This document shows positions 62,599 to 64,000 of a DNA stretch of 64,000 nucleotides, piece after piece. The position numbers and the translations under genes were made by a program. Source of the stretch: Candidatus Latescibacterota bacterium (GTDB lineage Bacteria; Latescibacterota; UBA2968; UBA8231); NCBI GenBank assembly GCA_965223905.1, contig CBDCXV010000011.1, positions 576,001 through 640,000 of the forward strand. Reading direction: 5' to 3'. The notes beneath the pieces were generated by a model. It saw only the letters and a list, made by a program, of their open reading frames with translations, did not search any database and was not told the origin of the DNA. The first letter of the stretch is position 1. Each line of letters opens with the position of its first letter.

Positions 62599-63495
62599 CT
62601 ACTTACCCTCGAGCACCTTGATCGCTCGGCTGGCCATGAAGCGCACGCCGGAGTCCTCGTCCCATACGGCGAGCTTGCGCAGCACCGGCCTCGCCGCCGG
62701 GTTCCCCAGCTCGCCGAGGGCCATTGCGGCGTGCTTGCGAACGTGCTGGTTGTCGCTGCCCGTGAACTCGATCAACCTGTCGTACGCCCTGGCGGCGCGC
62801 AGCCTGCCGAGGCCGACCATGGCGGCGTTCACCACCGAGTAGCTGGTGTCGTCGAGGGCTTCCAACAGGGAAGCGACCGCAGTGGTGTCGCCGATCTCGC
62901 CGAGGGCGTGTGCCGCTCCCATGCGGACCCAGGAATCCCGGTGCCGCAGCTGTTCGGCAACCGCGCCGATCTCAGCGCTCGCCTTGAGCTTGCCGAGGGC
63001 ATCGAGGGCGCGCAGCACCACCGACGGATCGGCGTCCCCGAGAAGGGCGGCAAGTGGTTTTTCCGCCCTTGGGCCGAAGCTCAGCAGCGCCAACTCGAAG
63101 TCGATCCGCTCCTCCCCGCCGCGCCGTTGGAAGAGCAGGACCAGCAGCGGAATGACGGTGGTGTCCCCTGCGGCGACCCCGCGGTTGATCGCGGCCCTGA
63201 CGGCCGCGGTGTTGGCTGGATTTCCGTACTCCCCGGCGAGAAAGGCCGGATCGCGGGAAAACAGGTGCCGCGCCAGAAGCTGGCGCACGGAGTCGGAGGA
63301 CGAAGGGCTCAGAAACAGGCGGCGGAACTCCGAATTGGAATCGAGCGGCCTCTTCTTTCCGTCAGCGCCGGGGGGCGCGGAACTCGCCGCTCCCTGCGCA
63401 GCCTCGGCCGCGGGCTTCCCGCCTTCGTCCGTTCCCTCCCTGCAGCCTCCGCAGACGACCGACAGGAGCGAAATCAGCAGCAGGGCCTCCCCCAT
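62599..63495 (-). CDS. HEAT/PBS-lyase repeat protein, probable lipoprotein
   Basis: LSVVCGGC lipobox-like segment; repeats VRMGAAHALGEIG, VRKHAAMALGELG. Confidence 0.85.
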   Translation of the reverse strand: MGEALLLISLLSVVCGGCREGTDEGGKPAAEAAQGAASSAPPGADGKKRPLDSNSEFRRLFLSPSSSDSVRQLLARHLFSRDPAFLAGEYGNPANTAAVRAAINRGVAAGDTTVIPLLVLLFQRRGGEERIDFELALLSFGPRAEKPLAALLGDADPSVVLRALDALGKLKASAEIGAVAEQLRHRDSWVRMGAAHALGEIGDTTAVASLLEALDDTSYSVVNAAMVGLGRLRAARAYDRLIEFTGSDNQHVRKHAAMALGELGNPAARPVLRKLAVWDEDSGVRFMASRAIKVLEGK

Positions 63496-63610
63496 CTTCG
63501 AGGGTGGGATCGCGGTCCCGGCCGTTTCTTGACCGCCTGCCGGACCGGCCCTAGGCTTGGCTCCGCTCAGAAAGCCCTTGTTCGCGCACACACTCACCAA
63601 GATACCCACT

Positions 63611-64000
63611 ATGGCCAGGAAAAAGCTCAATCTGCTGTTCTTCGGCGTCGACAGCCTGCGCGCCGACCACATGAGTTGCTACGGGTACGAGCGCCTGACG
63701 ACTCCCCACATCGACCGGCTCGCCTCGCAGGGAGTCCTCTTCGAGCGCAACTACGCCCCCCACATACCGACCACCTCGGCCTATACTTCGATGCTCAGCG
63801 GGCGCGACTGCTTCTCGACGACGGTGGTCGCCCTGCGCCACAAGACCGAGGTGCCCGCCGACGTTCTGACCCTTCCCCGGATACTCGGCGAGCACGGGTA
63901 CAACACCACCGGCGTCGGCTGCGGGGGCAATGTCGGCATGCGCGGCTTCGACAGCTACCTCGAGTACGCAGGCTGGGGCAGCTGGGCGGAGGGACGCAGC
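63611..64000 (+). CDS. Sulfatase/alkaline-phosphatase superfamily protein, runs off the right edge
   Basis: Not in the ORF track. MARKKLNLLFFGVDSLRADHMSCYGYERLTTPHIDRLASQGVLFERNYAPHIPTTSAYTSMLSGR. Confidence 0.9.
   Translation, partial: MARKKLNLLFFGVDSLRADHMSCYGYERLTTPHIDRLASQGVLFERNYAPHIPTTSAYTSMLSGRDCFSTTVVALRHKTEVPADVLTLPRILGEHGYNTTGVGCGGNVGMRGFDSYLEYAGWGSWAEGRS

Overview
High-GC bacterial chromosomal window with about 55 genes. I found no rRNA, tRNA, CRISPR array, transposase or prophage. The gene mix (Sel1, HEAT, FG-GAP and FN3-like repeat proteins, an S8 protease with a FlgD-Ig-like tail, many SDR, enolase-superfamily and Gfo/Idh/MocA enzymes, a sulfatase-fold gene) resembles host-associated Latescibacterota/Gemmatimonadota-type genomes; this taxonomy is inference only. 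Main blocks: Sel1 gene plus hicB and a truncated hicA; a minus-strand run of SDR, pabB-pabC, DegT aminotransferase and a sugar ABC transporter; YfhO and SGNH genes divergent from an epimerase-hddA-gmhA-transaldolase operon; groES-groEL; folE plus S8 protease divergent from phhB-queE; a fused indolepyruvate oxidoreductase; a DegT-TetR-PIG-L-WbqC-GT4 cluster; ispG; glgC; mgtE; trpBA; an S1-domain protein; and a HEAT-M15-FG-GAP-LMF1 envelope module. Three signals stand out. (1) A multi-hairpin ~230-nt leader with a Pro-rich uORF upstream of mgtE that does not resemble the M-box, a candidate undescribed Mg2+-responsive element. (2) A CIRCE-less groESL with a sigma-54 -24/-12 promoter, two IHF-consensus sites and palindromic enhancer candidates, whose GroEL ends in a His-rich tail. 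(3) At least seven gene lesions, five of them within 41-53 kb, which may be real erosion or assembly error. All calls are by eye; no database search was run.
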